Positions 20,565-31,460 of a stretch of 64,000 nucleotides of DNA are shown here, one piece after another. Numbering within the stretch: position 1 is the stretch's first letter; each line of letters opens with the position of its first letter. The DNA is from Thermodesulfovibrionales bacterium (lineage in GTDB: Bacteria; Nitrospirota; Thermodesulfovibrionia; Thermodesulfovibrionales; SM23-35). The translations under genes were made by a program, and so were the position numbers. The notes beneath the pieces were generated by a model. It did not search any database. It was not told the origin of the DNA and was given only the letters and a program-made list of their open reading frames with translations. The stretch is taken from NCBI GenBank assembly GCA_963715195.1, contig CAVQRT010000007.1:1-64000 (forward strand), in the 5' to 3' direction.

Positions 20565-21179
20565 ATGCATCGCAGAACAGTTTCACTGATTATTATCATT
20601 ACGTTTCTCGTCGGGAGTTTCGGTTGCGCAAGCATCCCTGAAGAACATAAGGGGGCAGCGACCGGAGCAGGAATCGGAGCGGCAACCGGCGCTATTGCCG
20701 GAGCGTTATTAGGTTCGAAAGGGGCCAAGACAGAGATGGCGGTGGTTGGAGGACTTCTCGGCGCGCTTGCGGGAGGGGCAATCGGTCACTATGCATATGA
20801 CCAAAAACGGACAAAAGAGGAAACGGCTCAGAAATATAATTACCAGTCGTCAGAGGGGACATTGTTGAGAATTGAGGATGTTGCCATAATTCCTGAGATC
20901 GCCAGGCCGGGTGATAAAGTTGAGATGAAGATGACATATGCAGTGCTTGGGGTTGCAGCCGGGAAGGAAACAGAGTTCTCAGAGATACGCGAGATCAGAT
21001 ATCAGGGTGAACTTTACGGAAAACCGGAGGTTACGGTATCACGTCAAGATGGCACGTATTCCTCCAGCATTCCCCTCATGTTGCCCTCAGATGCCAAAAA
21101 GGGCAAATATATTGTTACTATGACTGTGAAAGGTGCATCTATCAGTGACTCAAAAGAATCATCCTTCCAGGTAAATTAG
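20565..21179 (+). CDS. Glycine-zipper lipoprotein
   Basis: Lipobox-like SFGC; GAATGAGIGAATGAIAG / GGLLGALAGGAIG. Confidence 0.75.
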   Translation: MHRRTVSLIIIITFLVGSFGCASIPEEHKGAATGAGIGAATGAIAGALLGSKGAKTEMAVVGGLLGALAGGAIGHYAYDQKRTKEETAQKYNYQSSEGTLLRIEDVAIIPEIARPGDKVEMKMTYAVLGVAAGKETEFSEIREIRYQGELYGKPEVTVSRQDGTYSSSIPLMLPSDAKKGKYIVTMTVKGASISDSKESSFQVN

Positions 21180-21195
21180 CCCAGTCATCTATATC

Positions 21196-21224
21196 AAATG
21201 GGCCGGTTCAGTTCCGGCCCATTT
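21196..21224 (+). terminator. Terminator hairpin
   Basis: AAATGGGCCGG-ttcagtt-CCGGCCCATTT. Confidence 0.65.
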
Positions 21225-21597
21225 AGCTGGCCAGTCTCTTTGTGGAACGTGCTATTAGGCGAGTCACCTTTTAACATATTTCCCGCTCTTTAAAACGTCT
21301 ATTTCGTTTTAAATAATAATAACGGTAAGTTATAATTAATTATTAATGTAATACTTAAATTATAAAACAAGACTTTTACAAAATACAATATTGCGAAGAA
21401 AGATTGCGCCTAATCCAGCATGACGTGTAATGATGCCTTATATCCTGATACTTTGAAATCATATTAAAATGTTATAAATCAGCATATTAAATATCTATAT
21501 GAATGTAAAACTTTAAATTTATAGCGAGATAGTCACTTTGTAAAAATTACATTTAATTATTATAATAATAGTATAAATTGTTCCTTATATTAAAAAA

Positions 21598-21849
21598 ATG
21601 GATACTCTCGAAAAAAATATTAATAGCCACATAGAAGAACTCATGTGCGGATTCTCCTGTCCAAAGGATTTTCAATGTTACCGGACAGGTTTCAAAAATC
21701 TTTGCAAAGCAAGGGATATCGGATTGGAATCTTTTGTGGCATGTCTGGTGAGTGATCCTTTGGAGTGCAAATTTTCGCTCCTTTTCGGCGGCGTTTTCTT
21801 CTGCACCTGCTCATTGCGCATCTATATCGCCAAGCATTTGAAGAAATAG
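21598..21849 (+). CDS. Small Cys-rich hypothetical protein (8 Cys)
   Basis: 83-aa ORF after an AT-rich intergenic stretch; CxxxC...C...CxC pattern. Confidence 0.6.
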   Translation: MDTLEKNINSHIEELMCGFSCPKDFQCYRTGFKNLCKARDIGLESFVACLVSDPLECKFSLLFGGVFFCTCSLRIYIAKHLKK

Positions 21850-21974
21850 GCAATTCCATTTAACAATACCCATCCGTTTCCTTTTTCATTCTTGTTCCCT
21901 CGGATGTGCAATCGCACAATGCGATGAAAAGGGCTGCTTCTGAGATTATGCTACAATATTTGAATCCATTTTCG

Positions 21975-23042
21975 ATGAAGATACTAAACCGCTCAATACT
22001 GAAGGAATTGATCCTTGCCTTTATTCTGAGCCTCGCTTCTCTGAATTTTATCCTGATGACAGAGAAACTTCTGCGATTGAGCAGGGTTCTTTCCGGCGTG
22101 GGCACATCTGTTGTCGATATGGCAAAACTCATTGGATATATTCAGCCCCCCTTATTGCTTCTCACGATCCCCATGGCGTTTTTGCTTTCTACCCTCCTCG
22201 TTTACGGCAGAATGAACATCGACAATGAACTGGTAATCATGCGAATAAGTGGTATGGATTTCAAGGGCATTTCAGTGCCGGTTGCCCTGCTCGGCGTACT
22301 GTGTTTCTTCGTGAATATGGCCGTTAGTTTTTATGTTGGCCCAAAAAGTTATTTGAAAATGAGGGAAGAGACGGTGAATATTATCAAGAAACGGACTCCC
22401 CTCGCGATTGAAGCAGGTAAGTTCAATACGTCGTTCAAAGATGTCCTCATTTTTATAAAGGAGAAGCCATCTGAAAATACGGTAAGGGAAATTTTCCTCT
22501 ATGACGAAAGAGATCATCAGGAACCAAAGGTGTTGATGGCAAAAGAAGGAATTATTTCGGTTCAGGACAGCCCCGCGATCAACCTTTTCCTAAAAGACGG
22601 GTATATCAATATGGTGAAGGGGGAGAGTACTACAGAACTGTTTTTTAAAAAGTATAATATGACGCTGAGTCTTGATCCGGACCAGCGTAAACGGAAGAAT
22701 GCAGAACTGACACCCTACGAGCTTGTCCGTGAAATAGGAAAAGCAGACAGCCGACGGGCGGCTTCACTATACCTCGACCTTTACCGGAGGATTTCCCTTC
22801 CGGTTATGTGCCTGATACTCATTTTCCTCGGGCCTCCGCTGGCCATGATAGCCGGCAAGTCCGGTAAGCTTGGAGGCCTGACGATCGGGCTTGCAGTGTT
22901 TACTGTCTACTACATGCTTCTCATCTACAGTGAAAATCTTGCGCGAACAGGAAAAATATCATATGCCCTCGGAGCCTGGATCGCAACCATTACTCTAGGA
23001 GCGGTTGCTTTAGTTTTGTTCAGAAGAGAACAGCGCAGATGA
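21975..23042 (+). CDS. lptF: LPS export ABC transporter permease LptF
   Basis: YjgP/YjgQ layout, GRMNIDNELVIMRISG; paired with a second permease. Confidence 0.85.
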   Translation: MKILNRSILKELILAFILSLASLNFILMTEKLLRLSRVLSGVGTSVVDMAKLIGYIQPPLLLLTIPMAFLLSTLLVYGRMNIDNELVIMRISGMDFKGISVPVALLGVLCFFVNMAVSFYVGPKSYLKMREETVNIIKKRTPLAIEAGKFNTSFKDVLIFIKEKPSENTVREIFLYDERDHQEPKVLMAKEGIISVQDSPAINLFLKDGYINMVKGESTTELFFKKYNMTLSLDPDQRKRKNAELTPYELVREIGKADSRRAASLYLDLYRRISLPVMCLILIFLGPPLAMIAGKSGKLGGLTIGLAVFTVYYMLLIYSENLARTGKISYALGAWIATITLGAVALVLFRREQRR

Positions 23043-24118
23043 AAATTGTGCAGAAGTTCTACTTGAAGGAATATTTAAAACTGCTTGCTATCATTTGTCC
23101 TGGTCTTGCAACGGTGTTCAGCCTTCTCGACCTCATTGACAAGATAGATAATTTCGCACCGGGGAAACTTTCTTTGATGAGCATCCTGCACTATATTCTT
23201 CTGATTATGCCGAAATATCTTCTGTACCTTCTTCCTATGTCACTCCTGCTGTGCAGTCTTTTCATATTCGGGCTTGCAGCGCGCAATAAAGAGCTCATTG
23301 CCGTAAAAGCATCCGGAGGAAGACTGAAAAGCCTCTTTGTGCCGTTCATCATTGCGGGATTGGCATTCAGTCTCTTTTCATTCGTTATAGGTGAGTTCAC
23401 CGTACCTTCATTTACCGAACGGCTTCTTGAATTCAAGAGGGGATTTATGGGAAAAACAGAAAACGTGACCGCGATGGAAGGTTCAATCTGGTTGCGGGGA
23501 ACCGATGGATCGATTGTCAGGATATCTCTCTATGTCCCGGGAAGAAGACTGGCTCAGGGTATCAGCATTTTTTTAACGGGAGAAGAATCGCTCAGAAAGA
23601 GAATAGAGGCCGAGGAGGCAGAGTGGTCGGAAAATAAGGATGGAACCGGTATCTGGAAACTCCGACGAGTTGTTCTCTATGATTTTGAAGGAGGCAAGCT
23701 GACTGCCGTGCCGGAAATGGATTACCCGCATCTGGAATCTCCGGAGCTCTTTGGAAGGCGCATAAAAAAACCTGAAGAGATGGGGATTGTTGAGCTCTCC
23801 CGCTATATGGAACGGTTGAATGCAGCAGGGATTTCTGATTCAAAACTCCTCGTAGATTACCAGGTAAAGGTCTCATATCCCCTCATGAATTTCTTCATGA
23901 TGATTCTGGGTTTGGCACTTTCAGTCATAAGCAGAACAGGAGGAGGATTGTTTGCGGCAGGAGTCGGAATATCTCTGAGTTTTCTCTACTGGCTCCTCTA
24001 TACGTTTACCCTTTCGATGGGCTATGCACGGGTTATTCAGCCGGTTCTTGCCCCGTGGATCATTCCGGTGCTGTTCGGGGTGGCGGCGGTCTCTCTGTTC
24101 AAAAGGATACCGGAATAA
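23039..24118 (+). CDS. lptG: LPS export ABC transporter permease LptG
   Basis: LAARNKELIAVKASG, PEEMG..EL..Y, LAPWII; overlaps the lptF stop. Confidence 0.85.
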   Translation: MKIVQKFYLKEYLKLLAIICPGLATVFSLLDLIDKIDNFAPGKLSLMSILHYILLIMPKYLLYLLPMSLLLCSLFIFGLAARNKELIAVKASGGRLKSLFVPFIIAGLAFSLFSFVIGEFTVPSFTERLLEFKRGFMGKTENVTAMEGSIWLRGTDGSIVRISLYVPGRRLAQGISIFLTGEESLRKRIEAEEAEWSENKDGTGIWKLRRVVLYDFEGGKLTAVPEMDYPHLESPELFGRRIKKPEEMGIVELSRYMERLNAAGISDSKLLVDYQVKVSYPLMNFFMMILGLALSVISRTGGGLFAAGVGISLSFLYWLLYTFTLSMGYARVIQPVLAPWIIPVLFGVAAVSLFKRIPE

Positions 24119-25735
24119 ATGACGACAGCGAACAGGCAGAAAGGGTATCTGTGCATGGTACTCCACGCACATTTACCTTACGTGAGGCATCCTGAATATC
24201 CCTTTTTTCTTGAAGAAAACTGGCTCTATGAGGCTATGACGGAAAGCTACATCCCGCTCCTCGATCTTCTCTCAAGGCTCATTGATGATGGAATCGATTT
24301 CTGCTTGACGCTCTCACTGAGCCCTTCTCTGGTGGAAATGTTGAACGATGATCTTCTGATGCAACGCTACACAGCATACCTGGCACGGCTCATGGAGCTT
24401 GCTCGGAGGGAAAGAATAAGGACCAGGCGATCTGTCCGGTTTGCGCCGGTTGTGCGAATGTATCTGAACAGGTTCAAGAGGATACAATACCTTTTTGAAG
24501 ACGTTTACCGGAGAAGACTGATCCCGGTCCTCCGTGAAATACAGGAAACCGGTCATCTGGAGATCATCCCTTCAGCAGCAACTCATGCCTACCTGCCTCA
24601 TCTGGCTCCTTTCCCCCAGGCGGTAAGAGCTCAGATAAGAATCGGATTGCGACAGTATAAGGATAATTTCCGCCGGTGTCCAAACGGAATATGGTTTCCC
24701 GAATGCGGTTTTGTTCCCGGATTCGATGCATATATCAAGGAGGACGGCCTCGCGTATTTTTTCCTCGAAGCACACGGAATTACCCGGGGCGCACCGGTGC
24801 CGCAGTTCGGAACATATTTGCCGGTTTTATGCCATTCGGGTATTACAGCTTTCGGAAGGGATGCAGAAGTTTCGAAGCAGGTGTGGTCGTCGTTCGAAGG
24901 ATATCCGGGAGACCCTTACTACAGAGATTTTTATCGTGATGCAGGATATGACGTCGATGAGGATCATGTCAGAGCAATTTTGAAGCCATACGGCGCAAAG
25001 ACATATACCGGCCTCAAGTATTACCGGATTACGGGCAGGACTGACCGCAAGGAACCATATGATGCCCAGCGCGCACGGCTGAAGGCAGCGGAACACGCCC
25101 GTCATTTCATTATGAACACGGAAAGCCAGGTGAGGCGTTTGCATGAGCAACACAGAATACGTCCGGTCATCACTGCGACATATGACGCAGAGTTGTTTGG
25201 ACACTGGTGGTTCGAGGGCATCGACTGGCTTGAAATGCTTTTCAGGAAAATGGACCTTCGGAAAAGGAACTTCGCAATGATTACCCCATCGGAATATCTG
25301 AGCCGGCATGATTCAAAGCCCTTTCTTCAGGTCTCTGAGCCATCGGTATCAAGTTGGGGTGAGCATGGATATCATGAGGTCTGGCTGAATGACCGGAACG
25401 ATGAAATGTACCGGCATCTCCTCAAAGCAACTGAACGGATGATCGGTCTCGCTGAGAGATTTTCGAATGCCGCGGGCATCCTTCGCAGGGCGCTGAATCA
25501 GGCTGCACGGGAATTGCTGCTTTTGCAGCACAGTGACTGGACATTTATGATGAACAGCGGTTCCTATGCTGATTATGCACGAAAGCGCTTCGCGACACAT
25601 GTCAGCAGATTTACGCGTCTGTATGAAACCATTGTTTCAGGCCACGTGAAGGAGGGGATATTGACTGAAATGGAAAACAGAGACAGGATATTTCAGAATA
25701 TCGATTACAGGGTATACCGGAGCCGGAAAGGATAA
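24119..25735 (+). CDS. GH57 family 1,4-alpha-glucan branching enzyme (DUF1957)
   Basis: VLHAHLPYVRHP, GIWFPEC (nucleophile), YDAELFGHWWFEG, SDWTF. Confidence 0.9.
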   Translation: MTTANRQKGYLCMVLHAHLPYVRHPEYPFFLEENWLYEAMTESYIPLLDLLSRLIDDGIDFCLTLSLSPSLVEMLNDDLLMQRYTAYLARLMELARRERIRTRRSVRFAPVVRMYLNRFKRIQYLFEDVYRRRLIPVLREIQETGHLEIIPSAATHAYLPHLAPFPQAVRAQIRIGLRQYKDNFRRCPNGIWFPECGFVPGFDAYIKEDGLAYFFLEAHGITRGAPVPQFGTYLPVLCHSGITAFGRDAEVSKQVWSSFEGYPGDPYYRDFYRDAGYDVDEDHVRAILKPYGAKTYTGLKYYRITGRTDRKEPYDAQRARLKAAEHARHFIMNTESQVRRLHEQHRIRPVITATYDAELFGHWWFEGIDWLEMLFRKMDLRKRNFAMITPSEYLSRHDSKPFLQVSEPSVSSWGEHGYHEVWLNDRNDEMYRHLLKATERMIGLAERFSNAAGILRRALNQAARELLLLQHSDWTFMMNSGSYADYARKRFATHVSRFTRLYETIVSGHVKEGILTEMENRDRIFQNIDYRVYRSRKG

Positions 25736-25764
25736 ACAGGCAGCCACGAGCGTGGGGCATAACA

Positions 25765-26673
25765 TTACCCCAGCAGTTTGTCGTAAGAGTATGCCTTCAG
25801 AAAAGATACGAATTCCTCAAGTGAATTTGATGCAACAGAATTCTTGTTCATGATGAGTGAAAAATCCCGTGCCATTTTTTCCTCTTTGATATTCAGGAGA
25901 TGCAGGGTACCATATTTTTTCTCTTTCCGGGCAGCCCAGCGTGATATGATCGAGATTCCCAATCCGTTCTCAACGGCATCCTTGATAGCCTCCGTACTTC
26001 CCAGAATCGCGGATATTTTCAAATCGTGAAGGGTAATGCCGTGCCTGCCGAGAAACTTTTCAATCATCTGCCGTGTCCCGGACCCGGATTCCCTGAGGAT
26101 AAATGGTTCCTTACTGAGATCAGCGATTGAAACCTCTTTTCTTTTTGCCCAGTGATGTCCGGGGGGCACAATGAGGAGGAGCTCGTCAGCCAGCAGTTTT
26201 TTTACAACGATTTTTTGTCTTGAAACATCACCCTCGACGAGCCCAAGATCGATATTTCCTGCATTCAGAAGATCGACAACTCTCTTGGAGTTGCTCACGA
26301 GCAGGTATATTTTACTTTTCGGGTGTGTTTGCCTGAACTCGGTAATTAGCGTGGGAAGAATATAGTTGCCGATATTCGATCCCGCTCCGAGAGTCAGACT
26401 TCCCTTCACGAGTCCTGTCTGTTTCCCGATTGCCTTTTCGGCCGAAGTATAGAGGGTAAGGATTTCCTTTGCATATTTGTAGAGAATCTCACCCGCTGGA
26501 GTGAGGGTAACGGTGCTCGAGGATCTGTCAAACAGTTTCGTTTCATATTTTTCTTCGAGGGCTTGAATCTGAAGGCTGACGGCAGGTTGCGTCAGGTGAA
26601 TAATCTCGGATGTTTTCGAAAAACTTCTCGTTTCAGCAACGGTACAGAAGACTTTTAGTTTGTGATCTTCCAT
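25765..26673 (-). CDS. LysR-family regulator (CysL/selenium-associated type)
   Basis: N-terminal HTH SFSK....LTQPAVS.QI; RESGSGTR; GSTEAIK. Confidence 0.9.
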   Translation of the reverse strand: MEDHKLKVFCTVAETRSFSKTSEIIHLTQPAVSLQIQALEEKYETKLFDRSSSTVTLTPAGEILYKYAKEILTLYTSAEKAIGKQTGLVKGSLTLGAGSNIGNYILPTLITEFRQTHPKSKIYLLVSNSKRVVDLLNAGNIDLGLVEGDVSRQKIVVKKLLADELLLIVPPGHHWAKRKEVSIADLSKEPFILRESGSGTRQMIEKFLGRHGITLHDLKISAILGSTEAIKDAVENGLGISIISRWAARKEKKYGTLHLLNIKEEKMARDFSLIMNKNSVASNSLEEFVSFLKAYSYDKLLG

Positions 26674-26790
26674 GCAAACCCTCCGGGGAAAGAGTTAAAC
26701 GTTATAAGATGGAAAAACAGAACATTGTGCCGGATGTTTCAGGGTTTTTGATACCTTTCACTCTCATCTTTTCAGATTTCGGTTTCATTT

Positions 26791-27261
26791 GTCAGAGCAG
26801 GCTGTAAGCCGAGTTCTGTTTCCGTGGCCATTCATCTGTGGTCTGATATTGCTATCAGACTCGTGCGGTCTATACCCGTTCCGCCTCCCTATCAGCACGT
26901 GGCTGACAGAGATTCGAAGGGGCACTTCTCGAGGCGGAACCTATTCGACCTTGCTCAAGGCGGGGTTTTCCAAGCATGGGATATCACCATCCCATCTGGT
27001 AAGCTCTTACCTTACCTTTTCACCCTTATCCCGACCCATGTCGTGACGGTTTCCCTTTCTGTGGCACTTTCCTTGGGGTTACCCCCAGTCGCTGCTGACG
27101 ACCGCCTTGCCCTGCTGAGCTCGGACTTTCCTCCCGGATAAAGCTGCGTTCTGAAGCCCGAAACTTTGCATGCCGCTCTGTAGTTGTTCGGCCGGCAAAT
27201 GGTTTCCGCACATCCAGCTTCAGACGCAGTCAAGCCGGGCGACCACGCCTCCTGCTCTGAC
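26791..27261 (-). ncRNA. rnpB: RNase P RNA (type A) with an extended P3
   Basis: Minus strand GAGGAAAGTCC, GAAAGTGCCACAGAAA, AGGGTGAAAAGG..GGTAAGAG, ACAGAACTCGGCTTAC; complementary ends GTCAGAGCAGG/CCTGCTCTGAC. Confidence 0.95.
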
Positions 27262-27349
27262 TATAATTTTATTTTATCATTATATAATAAAGATTATATT
27301 TTGAAAAGGGGTATTTTCATTTTCAAGGAATGCCGAAATAGGTGTGACG

Positions 27350-28063
27350 TTAAGGAGTGCTTTCCCGATAGTAAAGAATTCTCCTGCATTGCGGACAATG
27401 GTAAATATCTTCGTTTTTCTTGATCTCGACAAAAAGTTGAGGAGGTATATTCATGTTGCAGCCCTGACAGATTTCTTCTCTGACTTCGCTGACCGCATGT
27501 CCATGGTATATTTCAAGCAACATGATATACTGGTCATACACATCGCTATCTGTTGCTTCCACGACGCCAGCCCTCAGTTTTTTCAGAGTTACCAGTTCTT
27601 TTTCCAGTTCCGCCTTCTCGGTTTCGATGCGCTTCTTCAATGCCTCGACTGTTTCGCTGGCAGCTCTGAGGTTCTGTTCTTCGGTCTTCATCTGTTTCCA
27701 CAGGGCATCCGAATCTTCCATGACGGCAAGGATATCGTCTTCTATGGATGAGCGGTCATGTTCGACGGTTTCGATTTCTTTGAGGAGTGCCTGATATTCC
27801 TTATTCGTCTTGATCTCGCCCGTCCGGGCCTTTAACCTGTTGATTTTCTCGTTGAGATCTTCCAATGCCTGTTCTTTGTGACGTTTCCGTTTTTCGAACG
27901 TATCGGATTCCTGTTTTCTGGTGTTGAGGACCTTCTGGCTTTCATGAAGGGGTGACTCTGCCTCTTCGATCTTTCGGGGGAAATCCTCAATCACGCGGCT
28001 GAGCGCAAGACACTTTGAGTCAATCTCCTGAAGCTCTATTAGGTACTCAAGCTGTTTATTCAC
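27350..28063 (-). CDS. Coiled-coil C4 zinc-ribbon protein (DUF164/CT398-like)
   Basis: LIELQEID, KTNKEYQAL..EI, CQGC...CPQC.RILY; GTG start at 28063 avoids overlap with the tRNA. Confidence 0.85.
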   Translation of the reverse strand: MNKQLEYLIELQEIDSKCLALSRVIEDFPRKIEEAESPLHESQKVLNTRKQESDTFEKRKRHKEQALEDLNEKINRLKARTGEIKTNKEYQALLKEIETVEHDRSSIEDDILAVMEDSDALWKQMKTEEQNLRAASETVEALKKRIETEKAELEKELVTLKKLRAGVVEATDSDVYDQYIMLLEIYHGHAVSEVREEICQGCNMNIPPQLFVEIKKNEDIYHCPQCRRILYYRESTP

Positions 28064-28102
28064 GTGTTCGTCTGTACCATCATGATTTTGGAAGAAGTAA
28101 TA

Positions 28103-28178
28103 TGGTGGGCCCACCAGGGCTCGAACCTGGGACCAACCGGTTATGAGCCGGTAGCTCTACCAGCTGAGCTATGGGCCC
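28103..28178 (-). tRNA. tRNA with CAU anticodon, most likely tRNA-Ile2 (lysidine)
   Basis: GGGCCCATAGCTCAG...CTCATAA...GGTTCGAG...GGGCCCACCA; 76 nt with encoded CCA; typical position after rpoD. Confidence 0.92.
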
Positions 28179-28223
28179 GAAAAAATAAGAACTAAATAGT
28201 CTAAACCCGACGGTGAATTCAGG

Positions 28224-29780
28224 TCAAGTTTTTTCGATGAATTCCCTGAGCCACTTGCTTCGTGAAGGGTGCTTCAGTTTCCTGATTGCTTTCACTTCTA
28301 TCTGCCGTATCCGTTCACGGGTAACGTCGAACTCCAGTCCGACTTCCTCGAGGGTGAGCGGTACGTCCTCCCCAATCCCGAATCTCTTTCTGATGACCTT
28401 CTCTTCCTTCGGCGGGAGAGAACCGAGTATTGTGTCTATCTTTTTTCGCAGTTCATCGTTAATGACAAAGTCAAGGGGGGAGAGCATTGCCTTGTCTTCG
28501 ATGAAATCCCTGAGATGACTGTCCTCTTCACCGACCGGAGTTTCAAGGGATACGGGTTCTTTTGCTATCTTGAGTATACCTTCAATTTTTCCGACAGGCA
28601 TATGGAGTTTTTCGGCTAATTCGGCGGATGTCGGTTCTTTGCCCATGACCTGCACCAGTTCCCGTGCCATCCTTGTTATCCTATTCATGGTTTCGACCAT
28701 GTGTACAGGTATCCGGATTGTGCGTGACTGATCAGCCAGCGCCCGGGTTATTGCCTGGCGGATCCACCAGGTTGCATAGGTGCTGAATTTGTATCCCCGC
28801 TGATATTCGAATTTGTCCACAGCCCGCATGAGGCCGCTGTTTCCTTCCTGAATGAGGTCTGAGAAGCTCAGCCCCCTGCCAAGATATCGCTTGGCAATGC
28901 TGACGACGAGACGCAGATTTGCTTCTATCATTTGAATTCTGGCATGAAACGACTCTCGCTCACCCCCAAGAAGCACCTTTAGTGCTTTTTTTATTTCCGA
29001 GGAGTGCATTTCAAATGAAATCTCCTTTGCCGAGATGCGCTGTTTGAGTAAACGGACCTGTCTGGCAACCGCGGGATCCGGCTTTGACCGCTTGTTGAGA
29101 CTGGCGACGCGCCTCTGCAGAATATCCAGCTCTGCAGCTGATTTTTTTAACTCTTCAGAAAATGCCGTGATTACATCATACTTTAATCTGAGCTGGCGGG
29201 CCTTCTCTATAATCTGATTCCTGTTTTCTGCAAGCGCCGTGATGAGAGAATGATACGCGCTGCTCTGTGCTTTGCGATGTCGGGGAATTCCAACAGGAGA
29301 ACCGGACGGGTAAACATGCTGAAGCCGTTTGAGATATTCCTTTCTTTTCTTATTGAGGGCGGCTATTGCTCGCGTGACCCTGAAAAATCTCTCGCTCTCC
29401 TGATGGAGGTCTTCTTCCGTTTCTTCGTCGTTGAACTGAATAATATCCGTGAGCGGCGCTTCACCTTTCCTGCACATTTTCCCCAGAACGATCAGTTTAT
29501 TCAGAACAAAGGGGAGGGAAAAGAGAACACGGTATACCTTCGTCTTTCCACTCTCAATCTGTTTTGCAATCCCAATTTCTCCCTCCCTCGTGAGAAGAGG
29601 CACACTGCTCATTTCTTTCAGATAGATGCGGACGGGATCTTTTTCGCTCTCCAGAAGGGAAGGGGGTCTTTCCTCGTCATCGGCGGCTTTTTCCTGCGGC
29701 TCGGTGTGAAAAAAAAGGTCATGGTCGACTTTCTCATACTCTGCTTCGAAATAGTCAAAATAGTCGAAGTGCTGTTTCAT
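28224..29780 (-). CDS. rpoD: Primary RNA polymerase sigma-70 factor
   Basis: [51 protein letters not shown]; follows dnaG. Confidence 0.93.
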   Translation of the reverse strand: MKQHFDYFDYFEAEYEKVDHDLFFHTEPQEKAADDEERPPSLLESEKDPVRIYLKEMSSVPLLTREGEIGIAKQIESGKTKVYRVLFSLPFVLNKLIVLGKMCRKGEAPLTDIIQFNDEETEEDLHQESERFFRVTRAIAALNKKRKEYLKRLQHVYPSGSPVGIPRHRKAQSSAYHSLITALAENRNQIIEKARQLRLKYDVITAFSEELKKSAAELDILQRRVASLNKRSKPDPAVARQVRLLKQRISAKEISFEMHSSEIKKALKVLLGGERESFHARIQMIEANLRLVVSIAKRYLGRGLSFSDLIQEGNSGLMRAVDKFEYQRGYKFSTYATWWIRQAITRALADQSRTIRIPVHMVETMNRITRMARELVQVMGKEPTSAELAEKLHMPVGKIEGILKIAKEPVSLETPVGEEDSHLRDFIEDKAMLSPLDFVINDELRKKIDTILGSLPPKEEKVIRKRFGIGEDVPLTLEEVGLEFDVTRERIRQIEVKAIRKLKHPSRSKWLREFIEKT

Positions 29781-31460
29781 GCATGATCCTGTTTGATATG
29801 TTTGCGCTTATCCTTCAGCAATGAATCGAGACGTACGATATCACCGCTATCCTCGGCAATCTGCCTCTCCCGGTCGGTTTTTTTCTGTCTCAGTTTCGAA
29901 AGACAGTCAGCGATATTGGTGTCGACATGTTCAGGATCAAATCCCGGATTTACCGACAGGCCGGTGATGAGGGTCCTTTCCCCTTCGTCGGCATCTTTGA
30001 GGAGTGCCGTGATGTTTGCCTGACCCCCAAGTTTGCTTATCTTCTTCATCAGGGAACGGATCGTCTCATCCCTGATGTCTTCAAAAGCGAGTTGAGAAAG
30101 AACGAGGTCCGACTTTTCAGGAAACGAGAGGAGCGTGCTCAGGAGGATAAGCTCTTCACGGTTGAACTGCGGAGCGGGGAGCTGCTGCCTGACGCGTGAT
30201 GGTACATGACCCTTTAGCCGCATCTTCTCAAGCTCACTTCTCAGGGCAGTTTCATGGATTTTTGATCTGTCAGAGAGTTCCCGAACCAGTTCATCCGCCA
30301 GGAGCATATCCTTCATGGAGGCTATCATCGCGAGAGCTTCCCTTGCAAGATCGATATTCTCTCCTCGTGCACCGGACAACAGGAACTCGATCATCGACTG
30401 TGATGAGGAAAGAGATTTTTGGAAGGAGTGGGAGCCGGCCTTTCTGAGAAAACTGTCCGGGTCTTCCCCGCGGGGGAGAGGGAGTATTCTTGCACTGATA
30501 TCATGTTCGCAGCAAAGAGACAGTGATCTTCTCGCAGCAGCGATTCCTGCATCGTCACCGTCAAAGATCAGAACCACCCTGCTGGTCCTTGATTTCAGTT
30601 TCTGTATGTGGCGCGCCGTAAGAGCCGTCCCCAGGGGTGCAACGGCATTGCGGAACCCGTGCTGATGGCACATGACCGCATCAAGATACCCCTCGACGAT
30701 GATGGCATACCCCTTCTTGCGTATCTCATCTTTGGCAAGATTGATCGCGAAGAGGGTTTCGCTTTTCTTGAAGATCTCGGTTTCCGGTGTATTCAGATAC
30801 TTCGGCATCGCATCATCCATAACCCTTCCTCCAAAAGCGATGACGTCGTTTCGTATGGTGACGATCGGGAAGATGATACGGCGCCTGAACCAGTCTCTGT
30901 GTCCTTTGCCGTCTGCGATGACCAGGCCGGCATCGATCATAACGGAATCGGGGGTGCCCAGTTTCTTTAATTGACTAAGCAGAATGTTCCTCTGATCGGG
31001 AGCATAACCGATGCAGAATGCGGCTATAGAATCTTCGCTGATGCCTCTTTGCTTAAGATATTCCATCGCTGTGTTCGAATCACGGAGTGTTCGCGTATAA
31101 AATTTCATGGCCTCTTCATTTGCCTGGAGAATATGCTGACGCCTTTCAGAAAATTTCCTGTCGAATGCTGACTCAGTGATCTTGATCCCGATATTTTTTT
31201 GCAAGAGAGCTCAGTGCCTCCCCGAAGGTAAGGTTGTCGTGCTTCATCAGAAAGGTGACCACATCACCGCCGGCACCACAGCCAAAACAGTGGAATATCT
31301 GCTTTGACCGGCTGACCATAAACGAGGGGGTTTTTTCCGAATGAAAAGGGCAGAGGCCTTTATAATTCTGTCCCGACTTCTTGAGCGCCACATAGTCCGA
31401 GATAAATTCAACAATGTCTGCGTGTGACTTTATTTCTTCAAGGAGTCCGACGGACTTCAT
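29777..31460 (-). CDS. dnaG: DNA primase, frameshifted at ~31194-31200 (zinc-binding domain 31173-31460; catalytic part 29777-31204)
   Basis: CPFH.EKTPSF...CFGC in one frame; [26 protein letters not shown] in the adjacent frame; junction at an A7 run. Confidence 0.9.

Noticed and set aside
21270..21600. AT-rich region as a replication origin
   Set aside because: No DnaA boxes (TTATCCACA-like) seen and no dnaA context
26789..27233. Short ORFs on both strands over this interval
   Set aside because: Shadow ORFs of the RNase P RNA gene
28064..28114. N-terminal extension of the zinc-ribbon ORF given in the ORF track
   Set aside because: Overlaps the tRNA; the GTG at 28063 is the more plausible start
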